A stretch of DNA of 64,000 nucleotides from a virus (taxonomy: Duplodnaviria > Caudoviricetes). Positions 25,049 through 34,019 of the stretch are shown piece after piece. The translations under genes and the position numbers were made by a program. The stretch is taken from positions 32,001 to 96,000 of the IMG/VR virus record IMGVR_UViG_3300037067_015039; one strand, given 5' to 3'. The notes under the pieces were generated by a model, which made no database searches, was not told the origin of the DNA, and was given only the letters and a program-made list of their open reading frames with translations. Position 1 is the first letter of the stretch, and the number at the start of each line of letters is the position of its first letter.

Positions 25049-25603
25049 TTATTTCTTTTTTGACTGTTTGAGTTTGCACGATGCCTCCTTTTTAACGGCA
25101 TCCTCGGCTTGTTGAACAACTTCTTTCGCTCTTTCCCGAAGCTTCGAATATCCATATTTCATAACGCTCAGGAGATCCTTCACTTCAGCAAGATATATTT
25201 TGGCGAATTCCGGATCCCGCTCAGCGATCGACGAAGTGTTGGAAATAATATCTGCATACTTTATCGTCTGAGCTTCTCCTGATACCAATGCAAGCCGGTC
25301 TCTCTCAATCCTTTTACGAATATTGCGCTTAGCGTCCTCTGGTTTGGTTATATGAGTCACTTCCGCTACCAGGCTGGCTACGTGAGTATCCAATTGCCTC
25401 AAATCATCTAAAAGCAATGCAGTATCTTCAATTGTGTCGTGCAACCATCCAGCCGCAATCTGTTCCTTGCTGGCGTGATATTCTTTGAGAATTTCGGCGA
25501 CTTCCTTACAATGATTGATGTAAGGCTCTCCGGTATATTTCCGTACTTGTCCCATGTGCCAAATCGATGCCAGCAATTTAGCTTTTTCGATGATTGAGTT
25601 CAT
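25049..25603 (-). CDS. HD-domain hydrolase, SpoT/Mesh1 (small alarmone hydrolase)-like
   Basis: HMGQVRKYTGEPYINH, WLHDTIEDT, IKYADIISN. Confidence 0.8.
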   Translation of the reverse strand: MNSIIEKAKLLASIWHMGQVRKYTGEPYINHCKEVAEILKEYHASKEQIAAGWLHDTIEDTALLLDDLRQLDTHVASLVAEVTHITKPEDAKRNIRKRIERDRLALVSGEAQTIKYADIISNTSSIAERDPEFAKIYLAEVKDLLSVMKYGYSKLRERAKEVVQQAEDAVKKEASCKLKQSKKK

Positions 25604-25875
25604 TTTTCCTTTAACCATAGCTTTCGGCTTAGGTCCGTCATTTTGTCACATGCATCAATATATTTCTTTGAAACCGCTATAATTTCAGCATTGCACGTCT
25701 GGAGATTTTCCATAACTGCGTTTGCTCTTTTGGATAAAGCCCCTGACTTTTCGATTTCCACTAATATAAACTTTTCAAAATCAACAATAGATTTAGCCAA
25801 TTCATAAATCGAAAGAGATGACTTTACAAACATTTCCGCCCATTCCAATTCTAATGTTTCGTTATTCATAGCCAT
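25600..25875 (-). CDS. Hypothetical protein
   Basis: GGAGG RBS. Confidence 0.55.
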   Translation of the reverse strand: MAMNNETLELEWAEMFVKSSLSIYELAKSIVDFEKFILVEIEKSGALSKRANAVMENLQTCNAEIIAVSKKYIDACDKMTDLSRKLWLKEK

Positions 25876-26338
25876 TCCTCCAATTTACTGCTTTCCGACC
25901 CAGGACGCCGTTGGCCCCCCGCGCTCGTGATTTATGCGTATTTTCTTTCTTTTTCTCATTTTTGCCAGATTTTGCCTTAATTTTCTGACTTTTCGATGAA
26001 AATTCCGCATTTTTGAAGCGGTCCCGTGAGCGCACGAAATATGGATCCCAACTACCCTGTTTTGAAAAGTCGAAATCAAGAAGCTCTGCAACTGCATGAT
26101 GCAAATTTTGCGCTTTTTGCTGAATTTCCAGCCATTTTTTCTCTTTATAGGGGTCCGTGATCCCATAATAGAGCTTTAGGCGATATTTCACGACATCATC
26201 GCGCTTCAAACTGCATACTACTTCCGCAGAGGCTTTGGTAATAAACGCATTCCCGGTCGGACGCCAGGCGCCGCGGCTGAATTTCTCAATTACCCACACT
26301 CTTGGAGTCTTCATCGTTTTCCTTTTTCGGTGGAGCAA
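25862..26338 (-). CDS. Hypothetical protein
   Basis: Colinear. Confidence 0.5.
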   Translation of the reverse strand: MLHRKRKTMKTPRVWVIEKFSRGAWRPTGNAFITKASAEVVCSLKRDDVVKYRLKLYYGITDPYKEKKWLEIQQKAQNLHHAVAELLDFDFSKQGSWDPYFVRSRDRFKNAEFSSKSQKIKAKSGKNEKKKENTHKSRARGANGVLGRKAVNWRNGYE

Positions 26339-26543
26339 CCTCTCTCACGCCGACTAATTTGCAAATTCCCCACATCCGTAGGTCCAAGCCGGCCTTTTTA
26401 TAGCACTGATGCCAGATTGCCTCTTTTAGGATGCTTCCTGGAGACGGTACATTCAAAAGAGTTGGAGGTTCAGGGATTTCAATTGGCCCAACATCTTCAT
26501 TCTCTCCGCACAATGGACACGAATAAATCAGGAATGCTTGCAT
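26286..26543 (-). CDS. Hypothetical Zn-binding protein
   Basis: TAATG overlap; CPLC. Confidence 0.55.
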   Translation of the reverse strand: MQAFLIYSCPLCGENEDVGPIEIPEPPTLLNVPSPGSILKEAIWHQCYKKAGLDLRMWGICKLVGVREVAPPKKENDEDSKSVGN

Positions 26544-26842
26544 TATTCCCCATCAAAAGCGAAAAAGCGTTTAATCGATAGCCATATGCGCCAATACATT
26601 GGAGTCCTGGAAACCTGATAATTTAAAACAACGCCGAAAAGTTCATTTTCGTCGGCCATGACGGTGATTTTTACTTTATAAAAATTATCATCCACTTTTA
26701 CGGGATCACATCTTTTGTTCCAAATTATCTTACCGGCAGCGGATTCTCTCTCAACCAAACTTATTAATGCTGGTGGAAGCTTAATAAAGGCCGATTCGCC
26801 TGGATTGAGAATTGTATTGCGCCCTTGATCGATAATTTTCAA
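26543..26842 (-). CDS. Hypothetical protein
   Basis: AGGAG RBS. Confidence 0.55.
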   Translation of the reverse strand: MKIIDQGRNTILNPGESAFIKLPPALISLVERESAAGKIIWNKRCDPVKVDDNFYKVKITVMADENELFGVVLNYQVSRTPMYWRIWLSIKRFFAFDGE

Positions 26843-26851
26843 TTGCCACTC

Positions 26852-27265
26852 CTACTGGATTGTAGTTTTTCCCATCCCATGTTGCTTCTTGCCCAACTCA
26901 GCTTGCTTAGCCATTTGGGACCAGAAATCGGCCAGAATATGATAAGTGGACGCCTGGGCTTCCAGGGACATGATCTGAAGAAATAAAGGATCAATAAGAG
27001 TCATAAAACTTACCTCTCCCGATTTCTTCAATTCCTTTATAGTGGTCATGGCAAAGTAATCACCCAGTTTTGGAGACATATGTTCATGCCATTTCTGTTT
27101 GAACTCATTCATGAATTGGTTTCTTCCCGGGTCTTTGTCTTTGCCGGGTTGCATTCCAGCGCATTCTTCCCAAAACCGCTTATTATTCTCGATCTGCGGC
27201 ATTTTGAGACTCTCTTTCTTTCTGGTATGAAACTTATCCTTCATGAATTTGACCAATTTAAACAT
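26852..27265 (-). CDS. Hypothetical protein
   Basis: GGGAG RBS. Confidence 0.6.
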   Translation of the reverse strand: MFKLVKFMKDKFHTRKKESLKMPQIENNKRFWEECAGMQPGKDKDPGRNQFMNEFKQKWHEHMSPKLGDYFAMTTIKELKKSGEVSFMTLIDPLFLQIMSLEAQASTYHILADFWSQMAKQAELGKKQHGMGKTTIQ

Positions 27266-27800
27266 TCAGTTTCTCCCTTTGCCCTTCGGCAATCAATTTG
27301 GCAATGAACTTGCCGGCGTCTTCATAACTCCAGGCGTGAATGAAATTTTTTCCAACCGTGCTCGTTGCATCCGGGAAGATCGTTTTCCCTTCGCCTTTTA
27401 CGATTGTTTCCGACCAGTCGATATTGATCACGTGGCTTCGCCACCCGATGATGAATCGGCCAATAGAAGTCGTCACTTTGAACCATGGCTTGTCCTGGCA
27501 ACACCAATCGGAACAATAACCATTCGGAATCTCCTCAACGTAGATTGGTTTCGGAAAGAGATTGATAATTTCCGATCGTTCAATTTTTCTAGTTTCTGCA
27601 CGTTGCGGATCCCGGCTGACAGTCTCCTTGGCGATAATTTTCTTGAGTTCATCACACTTATTGCTAATTTCCCTGGTCTCATAGGGAGTGAGTTCTCGTC
27701 CGGTTCTAACAAATACCTTGAAGCCTATAACACCAAAAGATGAAACAGACTCCTGATAATGAACCAGTTTATAATCTACTAGAGAATTTCTATCATCCAT
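27258..27800 (-). CDS. Hypothetical phage protein
   Basis: NGYC...PWFKVTTSIGRFIIGWRSHVINIDW. Confidence 0.7.
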   Translation of the reverse strand: MDDRNSLVDYKLVHYQESVSSFGVIGFKVFVRTGRELTPYETREISNKCDELKKIIAKETVSRDPQRAETRKIERSEIINLFPKPIYVEEIPNGYCSDWCCQDKPWFKVTTSIGRFIIGWRSHVINIDWSETIVKGEGKTIFPDATSTVGKNFIHAWSYEDAGKFIAKLIAEGQREKLNV

Positions 27801-27802
27801 GC

Positions 27803-28426
27803 TTAGTTCTCCCTAATATTTGGGGCGTCGGTGATTTTCTGTTCAACCCGATCAATTTTCTCTGCCGCAGCCCCGCCGATCTCTGTTCTGATTGTGTAAA
27901 GCTCCTGGAAGAGGTAGATTGCCATTTCAACAACAGTGACCGGCTTCTTCCCGGCCTGATTCACATGTTGATCTAATTCGCCGAAATGGTTCCCATGCTC
28001 GAAAGTATAACCGTTCGGGGTTTCAACAAACTCCGTTTTTTCTACCTCGAAGACGTCCGGGAAGAGTTCACGAATAGAGTTTTCAATCTCTAAAAATTGG
28101 TTATACATGACATAGTTAGCGTCTTCTAAATTGCTCAATTCCTGCTGCAATTCAGAATTTCTGTTCTCAACCTTCATTTTTTCGACAGTTAATTTACTGA
28201 TTTCAGCGTCTTTTTGAGCGGCTAATTCCCGCCATTTGCCGAAATATCGCATAGCGCCATCCATTTTGATGACTATAGCTCTAAACTTTTCCGGATCTGA
28301 TTTCTCAAAAGCCTTTCCAACTTCTTCTGAAATTTTGTATCTCAAATTAACCTCCAGAACTTCCGAACCCATCAGCCCCGCGGTTAGTGGGTTCGAGTTT
28401 ATTGACTTCTTCCAGGACTGCTTCAT
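27803..28426 (-). CDS. Coiled-coil hypothetical protein
   Basis: Colinear; start uncertain. Confidence 0.55.
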   Translation of the reverse strand: MKQSWKKSINSNPLTAGLMGSEVLEVNLRYKISEEVGKAFEKSDPEKFRAIVIKMDGAMRYFGKWRELAAQKDAEISKLTVEKMKVENRNSELQQELSNLEDANYVMYNQFLEIENSIRELFPDVFEVEKTEFVETPNGYTFEHGNHFGELDQHVNQAGKKPVTVVEMAIYLFQELYTIRTEIGGAAAEKIDRVEQKITDAPNIREN

Positions 28427-28790
28427 AAATCGGTTGAATCAGCATTTGTGCAATGCGATCGCCTTTATGGATTATGAGCGGGACGGCAGTATCGTTATTT
28501 TGAAGGGTGACAAAGACCTCTCCGATGTAGTTGGAGTCGACGACGCCGCCCAACACATCAATCCCTTTACTTGTCGCCAGTCCGGAACGGCTCCAAATGA
28601 GTCCGACATATCCGGCAGGAATCTTCAAGGCGATTCCAGTTCTGACTTTCAGGCGCAGGCCGGCCGGGACGATTCCTTCCTCGAGAGCATACAGGTCCAT
28701 TCCGGCGTCACCGTGTCTCCCGTAAGTCGGGAGAATGGCTTCGTTCATAAGCTTCATAATCTGAACAAGAAGTCTGTAAGGTTTATCCAT
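28347..28790 (-). CDS. dut: Trimeric dUTPase
   Basis: AGMDLYA, SRSGLA, GGVVDSNYIGE, GDRIAQ, RGADGFGSSG. Confidence 0.95.
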   Translation of the reverse strand: MDKPYRLLVQIMKLMNEAILPTYGRHGDAGMDLYALEEGIVPAGLRLKVRTGIALKIPAGYVGLIWSRSGLATSKGIDVLGGVVDSNYIGEVFVTLQNNDTAVPLIIHKGDRIAQMLIQPIYEAVLEEVNKLEPTNRGADGFGSSGG

Positions 28791-29058
28791 GGAAGACCTC
28801 CTTTTGTTTGTATTCGTCAATAAGCCGATGTTGATTTTCGATCACCATTGCCACAAAAGCCACATCCTGTCCGAGTTCCGGGTCCGGGAAGATCTGGAGG
28901 CCCATTCCCAATTTATTGATGATCTTCCGTAATCCGACATGATTTCTGTCGTAACATTCTGTCCGTGTTTTTTTAATCAGAACGCACATCCCCAAGCCAC
29001 AGAGATAACAAAATAAGCCCCAAAGTCCGAATAAAACCTCGCCTGTGATCTCACCCAT
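28783..29058 (-). CDS. Membrane hypothetical protein
   Basis: N-terminal TM. Confidence 0.55.
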   Translation of the reverse strand: MGEITGEVLFGLWGLFCYLCGLGMCVLIKKTRTECYDRNHVGLRKIINKLGMGLQIFPDPELGQDVAFVAMVIENQHRLIDEYKQKEVFHG

Positions 29059-29060
29059 TT

Positions 29061-29288
29061 TTATTCTCCAATTATCATTTTGACAATCACCCAGAAAAAG
29101 ATGATCCCAATTGCCATACAGGCCAGCATTTCAATGGCGCCGAAAGCCAGAATCAGAAACCACGTGATTCCCCATCCGTTATCGTCCGAATTTGATTTTT
29201 TCGTCGATTTGCATGGTTTCGTACCGGGTTCGGTATTTGTACCTTGGCTTATATCCAACTTGCCGCGCTTTCTGAAATTCCGTCTCAT
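29061..29288 (-). CDS. Membrane hypothetical protein
   Basis: C-terminal TM. Confidence 0.5.
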   Translation of the reverse strand: MRRNFRKRGKLDISQGTNTEPGTKPCKSTKKSNSDDNGWGITWFLILAFGAIEMLACMAIGIIFFWVIVKMIIGE

Positions 29289-29476
29289 ATTTGCTCAACC
29301 TTTCCTGATCAGCGCAAAGAGGACACTTTCCGGAGTCGAAATGCACTTTGAGTTCAGAACCATGTTTTTCACAGATCGTCATTTGCTCGATCTCCAGCCT
29401 TCGAGCAAAATATCGAGTAAGATCATGGCAATTACCGCAACCAGGATCACAGCGCCAAGATGATTCTCGATTGAAG

Positions 29477-29842
29477 TTAAGAATTGTTCCATTGCACATC
29501 CTCAAAAGGAGTTATGGCAATTTGCCGGTAAGAAAACCATCTCTTTTTCTCATGGAAGGCCCGAAGTTCGAATATATCTCCATCAACAGTCAAGAATTGA
29601 GGAAGCATATTTGTGGAAGATGGAATATATAGGCTTCTCAAAAGACATCCATCAAACCTGAAAAATTTAACTAACCGATCGCCCTCGGGTGCCAATCCCA
29701 CGCTTTTATGCCAATCCGGATCCTCTTCATCATCCCATAGTATTGGCGTCCAGTTCATCGTTCCCACTGTTATGTCAGGGCCAAGTCGGGTTCCAACCCT
29801 GCCGGATCTATCCCACCCTTCCTTAATCATCATCTTCATCAT
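29477..29842 (-). CDS. Hypothetical protein
   Basis: GAGG RBS. Confidence 0.55.
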   Translation of the reverse strand: MMKMMIKEGWDRSGRVGTRLGPDITVGTMNWTPILWDDEEDPDWHKSVGLAPEGDRLVKFFRFDGCLLRSLYIPSSTNMLPQFLTVDGDIFELRAFHEKKRWFSYRQIAITPFEDVQWNNS

Positions 29843-30089
29843 GGATTCCTCACACTTTCATCGGCCATATAGCCCCTCGCATATTTTCGACTTCCCGTTG
29901 CACCGGAGGTTCCTTATAAAACCCATTCCGCGGATCGTCCAACCGTTGCACCCGGTTGTTGTGCTGAGGGGCTATAAAGCCGATCAAGTTCACTTTTTGA
30001 CCACAAGAGCGTTCACTTTTTGAAGTCTCCAGCCGGGGATTTGAGGCATTTCTTTCACTTTTTGCCCTGACCCCCACTACATATTGTGG

Positions 30090-30341
30090 TCATGAATCCT
30101 TTTTAATGTCCTTCTGATCCTTCAACCGTTCTTTCATGAGCAGTGAGATCACTTCCGTATGCCCTTTTATCTCCAATTCCATTCCTCTGATATATGAACC
30201 AAGGCGTTCAATATCCTCCTGCTTTAATGTCCGCTCGGCTTTCACCTTCTTTATTTCGGCTTCAAGTTCTCTAACCCTGCTGTAAAGTGTGTTTCCCGCC
30301 TGGGTTGCCGTCACAGAATCCATATCACTCCTTTGTGCCAC
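30090..30341 (-). CDS. Coiled-coil hypothetical protein
   Basis: Colinear. Confidence 0.5.
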   Translation of the reverse strand: MAQRSDMDSVTATQAGNTLYSRVRELEAEIKKVKAERTLKQEDIERLGSYIRGMELEIKGHTEVISLLMKERLKDQKDIKKDS

Positions 30342-30375
30342 GTGAAACTACGTTGTCCATGGACATCTATCCTTA

Positions 30376-30846
30376 TTAAGGCTTTTTGAAATATTCATGC
30401 GCTTTACAATAAAGGCACCATTCTTCAGGATCATCGATCCCCAGAGTGCAGGACTCATTCACGGAAGAATTCATGCAATGAGAGTGGGTAACAATAAACT
30501 TCAGCACTTTTTCAGCATCCTGGAGGCGATTAGTTTTCTCGGCCGCCGACATTGCGATGTTGTAACCTATTTCGTTTCCAAGGCCATATTGATAATTCAA
30601 GCCGGCGATTACGTAGGGTGAGTCTACCTTCACATCGACCAATTTTCTCTCATGATACCCTTTTCTCCATCCGGCATTGTATGCTTCCATGGATTCAATT
30701 TTCATTTTAAGCAGATTGATTTTGGCCTGTTGCCACACGGACCACTTGCAATCGCAAAATAAGCAGATTCGGTATTGCGGGTCCACATGGAAAGCCGCAT
30801 TCTCACCAGGCTCGGGATTAATGGCACCGCACTTCGGACAGTTCAT
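30376..30846 (-). CDS. Zn-ribbon hypothetical protein
   Basis: MNCPKCG; GGAGG RBS. Confidence 0.6.
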   Translation of the reverse strand: MNCPKCGAINPEPGENAAFHVDPQYRICLFCDCKWSVWQQAKINLLKMKIESMEAYNAGWRKGYHERKLVDVKVDSPYVIAGLNYQYGLGNEIGYNIAMSAAEKTNRLQDAEKVLKFIVTHSHCMNSSVNESCTLGIDDPEEWCLYCKAHEYFKKP

Positions 30847-31064
30847 TTATTCCTCCACATCAAGCCGTATCCCCAACCTTTTACAAATATAATTACAATT
30901 GTTCCTGGAATACCGAGGACTGCAAATAGAGCGGAAAATCTACGATCTATTGATCTATTTTCATCGGCTATTGTCGGAAAGCTTTTTTGGAAAAAGGCGT
31001 ATGTCCACCCATAATTCAAAACACCGCAGATTATCCAAACCGCCAAAATAATATAAATGAACAT
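30843..31064 (-). CDS. Membrane protein (2 TM)
   Basis: Hydrophobic helices. Confidence 0.55.
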   Translation of the reverse strand: MFIYIILAVWIICGVLNYGWTYAFFQKSFPTIADENRSIDRRFSALFAVLGIPGTIVIIFVKGWGYGLMWRNK

Positions 31065-31075
31065 CTTACCCTCAC

Positions 31076-31618
31076 TTATGGAAGAGTCGCTCCCACTACT
31101 TCCAGCATTGCGCGGACAGCCCGGACAGTATCAGGATTGGTGATGGAAAGACCCCGGAAACGCTCAGCAAAGTTATTTATTTCACTGATTTCCCATTTTT
31201 TCAGGTTCGCCGAACAGTCGTTCTCTATGATCGGCGCCACTGGAAGTCTTCCTTGATTCCATTGTTTGTAAGTTTGCAGCCAGGCATTCGCCTGCGCAGT
31301 GTCACAGTCTTCGATCTTTCTTTTGCAATGCTCGGCGCACGATTTTGGAAAACCAGGACAGTTTAAAATCGTCATTTGCATTATTCGTTCGGCTTCCTGA
31401 ACCATCATGATCAGGGCCGCCTCCGTCGTCTTATCAGATTGTGCAGCCTTTCGATTCACCTCAAATTCCAACTCCGCAACACGTTTCTCACATTCGAGGA
31501 TCTGCGCATCCGCGGCAGCTATATTATCCTGACTGTGTTTACGCGCAACCTGGGTCTCCTCGAGTACACGCTTCAACCGCTCGATTTCCGTCAACAGAAC
31601 TCCTTGAGCTAATGACAT
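31076..31618 (-). CDS. Coiled-coil hypothetical protein
   Basis: G-rich RBS. Confidence 0.6.
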   Translation of the reverse strand: MSLAQGVLLTEIERLKRVLEETQVARKHSQDNIAAADAQILECEKRVAELEFEVNRKAAQSDKTTEAALIMMVQEAERIMQMTILNCPGFPKSCAEHCKRKIEDCDTAQANAWLQTYKQWNQGRLPVAPIIENDCSANLKKWEISEINNFAERFRGLSITNPDTVRAVRAMLEVVGATLP

Positions 31619-31655
31619 AATCCCCCCCCCGTAATAATTTAAGAAAGCGGCGCCG

Positions 31656-31919
31656 TCACTTGTCCAGGACTTCCACTTCTCCGTGATGAAGCAGTTGCGG
31701 CTGGATCGGGCTTCCGAACGTCATCAAATCCAAATACACCCTTCCCGTGAACAACACCCGAAGCCGGTCGCGCAACCCAAACGCCCAACAACTCCGCACC
31801 GTCCCGGACTCATCACCCATCCTTAGCGCCGGCAGCGGCAAGTATTCCGGCTGCTGAGATCCATATATGATCAGATTAGCCCCTTTTGGCCATGGCTTCG
31901 GTGGCTGAATTATCTTCAT
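31656..31919 (-). CDS. Hypothetical phage protein (QPEYLPLPA motif)
   Basis: AAGGAG RBS. Confidence 0.7.
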   Translation of the reverse strand: MKIIQPPKPWPKGANLIIYGSQQPEYLPLPALRMGDESGTVRSCWAFGLRDRLRVLFTGRVYLDLMTFGSPIQPQLLHHGEVEVLDK

Positions 31920-31953
31920 ATCTCGGCTCCTTTTATGAAATCCTCAAAGAAAC

Positions 31954-32238
31954 TCATATTGTCTTCAATTCCTTGCCGTCTGGTTTGCCCAACAGTCCAT
32001 CGAGAATATTCCTCTCTTCTTCTTCATAGAGAGATTTCGGCCACTCACCCCTTACGAGATTGAAATATGCCTCAATTATATCCTTGCGAATATCTCCACC
32101 ATCTGAAGAGTACCAACCCACCTTCCCAGTTACTTTTCTAAATGCCTCATCAAGTTCGTTTCGAAGCACTCCAATCCGCTGGTTCACTCGCTTTTTTGCC
32201 TCTTCCTGAACCTTTTTAATAAATTCTTGCTGATTCAT
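31954..32238 (-). CDS. Hypothetical protein
   Basis: AAGGAG RBS identical to that of the next gene. Confidence 0.65.
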   Translation of the reverse strand: MNQQEFIKKVQEEAKKRVNQRIGVLRNELDEAFRKVTGKVGWYSSDGGDIRKDIIEAYFNLVRGEWPKSLYEEEERNILDGLLGKPDGKELKTI

Positions 32239-32331
32239 ATCTCGGCTCCTTTGTGAAAATGTGAACGTATATGTGAATATAAGTCACATTCTCAGTTTGT
32301 CAACTATTTTTTATGTGAAAATTATTAACTT

Positions 32332-32910
32332 CTACCGAATTTTCATCCCAAATCGATGTTTGGCGAACTTTCCGATCATTTTATACCCCAATTTCTCCAT
32401 TTCCGCCTTCGTTCTGGTATGCGGCCCGGCCTTGCGCGAAATCATTCGTCCATGGACATCTATCCAAGTAGCCTCCGGATTCGTCTTCCCCAAATAATCC
32501 CAATTCGTCGCCCGGTATATCGCCCCGCTATGCCCCTGCCGCTCATCCGCATACGTCAAAAGATACTCCCACCGCCGATCCTGCCGGATCAACCGCACCG
32601 ATTGCATGATCAAATACGACGCCGCATTCTTCGGAACCCCCGGATCTATCACCAACCTCGACAATACCAGCACCCCCCTCCAATTCTCCGGGTAATTCGC
32701 CTGCGCCGCCGCCTTCGTGGGAGGTATCCACCACGCTATCCCGATACACTCCTCCATGGACTTCACACAATATAGCCCATGCCGGAACACCGCCGTATTG
32801 CTCCCGCCCCCCGCATAATGATATAGCCTCACCTTCTCTTGACACACCGCCAGCGCCACTTCCCGAACCTCGTACTCCCCCCGCCGCAGCACTTCTCCAG
32901 CCGGCTTCAT
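32332..32910 (-). CDS. Mom-family (GNAT-like) DNA adenine modification protein
   Basis: YHYA, LSRLVI...PKNAASYLI, LLTYADERQGHSGAIYRATNWDYLG. Confidence 0.8.
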   Translation of the reverse strand: MKPAGEVLRRGEYEVREVALAVCQEKVRLYHYAGGGSNTAVFRHGLYCVKSMEECIGIAWWIPPTKAAAQANYPENWRGVLVLSRLVIDPGVPKNAASYLIMQSVRLIRQDRRWEYLLTYADERQGHSGAIYRATNWDYLGKTNPEATWIDVHGRMISRKAGPHTRTKAEMEKLGYKMIGKFAKHRFGMKIR

Positions 32911-33167
32911 CGAAACTCAACACTCCCGCCCAAAAAACTGTCCCCACGAGCCTTCACCCGCCGCCCCCGCCGCCCCTCCCTCAATACCTTCACCCGCTCA
33001 ACATCCTGGATAAGCCTCAAAAACCCCTCTTCCACCACTTTGCTGATCCCACTTACCCCCCGCTCCCACCGGCTCACAGTCTCCGCACTCACCCCAAGCT
33101 CACCCGCAACCTCTTTCCCCAAAAGCCCAACCCCAACCCGCAACGATTTCATCCAAAGACCTTCCAT
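32907..33167 (-). CDS. XRE-family HTH protein
   Basis: LRVGVGLLGKEVAGELGVSAETVSRWERG. Confidence 0.75.
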   Translation of the reverse strand: MEGLWMKSLRVGVGLLGKEVAGELGVSAETVSRWERGVSGISKVVEEGFLRLIQDVERVKVLREGRRGRRVKARGDSFLGGSVEFR

Positions 33168-33220
33168 CCCTCACCCCCACACCTTCACAAAATAATCATA
33201 TGTCAGCTATATTACGAGCG

Positions 33221-33384
33221 GAGACAACATTATGTCAAGAATTCAACAACCATAGTGAAGTCAAAGAAAGAACTCTCAGCCCATTATCTAGAAATATGCC
33301 CCGGAGTTCTTTTAATAAACCGCAAAGGCAAAGGAAAGGCAAAAATGCTCCAAAACACGGGGTCTAGACAACATATTGTCAAGA
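33221..33384. promoter_or_regulatory. Two near-identical operator-like boxes overlapping minus-strand TTGACA
   Basis: AGACAACATTATGTCAAGA (33221) and AGACAACATATTGTCAAGA (33366). Confidence 0.5.
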
Positions 33385-33587
33385 AAAGTAGGGGATGAAA
33401 AAAATTGAGCACGTACATATCGACACTAGATACTATACTCTCGGGGTGCCCGGCCGCGGGTCCGACACCTACCCGGCACCCCTCGTCGATCGTGCCGCGG
33501 CCGTTTTCCCTCGCCGTTGTTTTCCCTGCCTCGTTTGTTGTGGCTGTATCTCATTGTGACCATTACACTTCCTGTCTTTTGCGCGAT

Positions 33588-33801
33588 CCAAGTTTACAAA
33601 AGGGCATTTTGTAAACTTGGCAGGAGTGGCGCTTTCTAGGGCAGAAAATGAGCTCTTAATTCATATCACAAACATGTCTTTCTCCACTTTTGGGTTTAGT
33701 GCCGAGTGGTACAAAATGTATCACTTTAAGTCCCTGGACAAATCGACACCTTACCGAATTGCGCTTTCAGGATTGTTGGGCGACTGATACATTTTGTACC
33801 A
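33588..33801. repeat. Two perfect inverted repeats in non-coding switch region
   Basis: 14-bp arms 33588-33601/33607-33620; 17-bp arms 33707-33723/33785-33801. Confidence 0.8.
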
Positions 33802-34019
33802 GTTTGGGTGCATCCGGTTGTGTGTTATGTGCGGTTTTGCATCATCGGTTTGGGCGTAGCCAGGACGAAATTGCTCTATAAGTGAAGTTCTTTCACGTGC
33901 TTTTGATTTTCGGGGTATTAGGGTAAGGACATTCTACAATTCGTTGCTCCTGGTGGATTATACGAGGGTTTTCTCTGTGTGATTTCGGTGTTAATCATGG
34001 TTTACAGCCCTTCTGTCGA

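Noticed and set aside
30338-30349. parS-like CACGTGAAAC
   Set aside because: Only a half match to the parS palindrome and no ParB in the window
32356-33195. Plus-strand and alternative-frame ORFs over the Mom-like and HTH genes
   Set aside because: By-products of extreme base skew; the minus-strand frames carry the recognisable motifs
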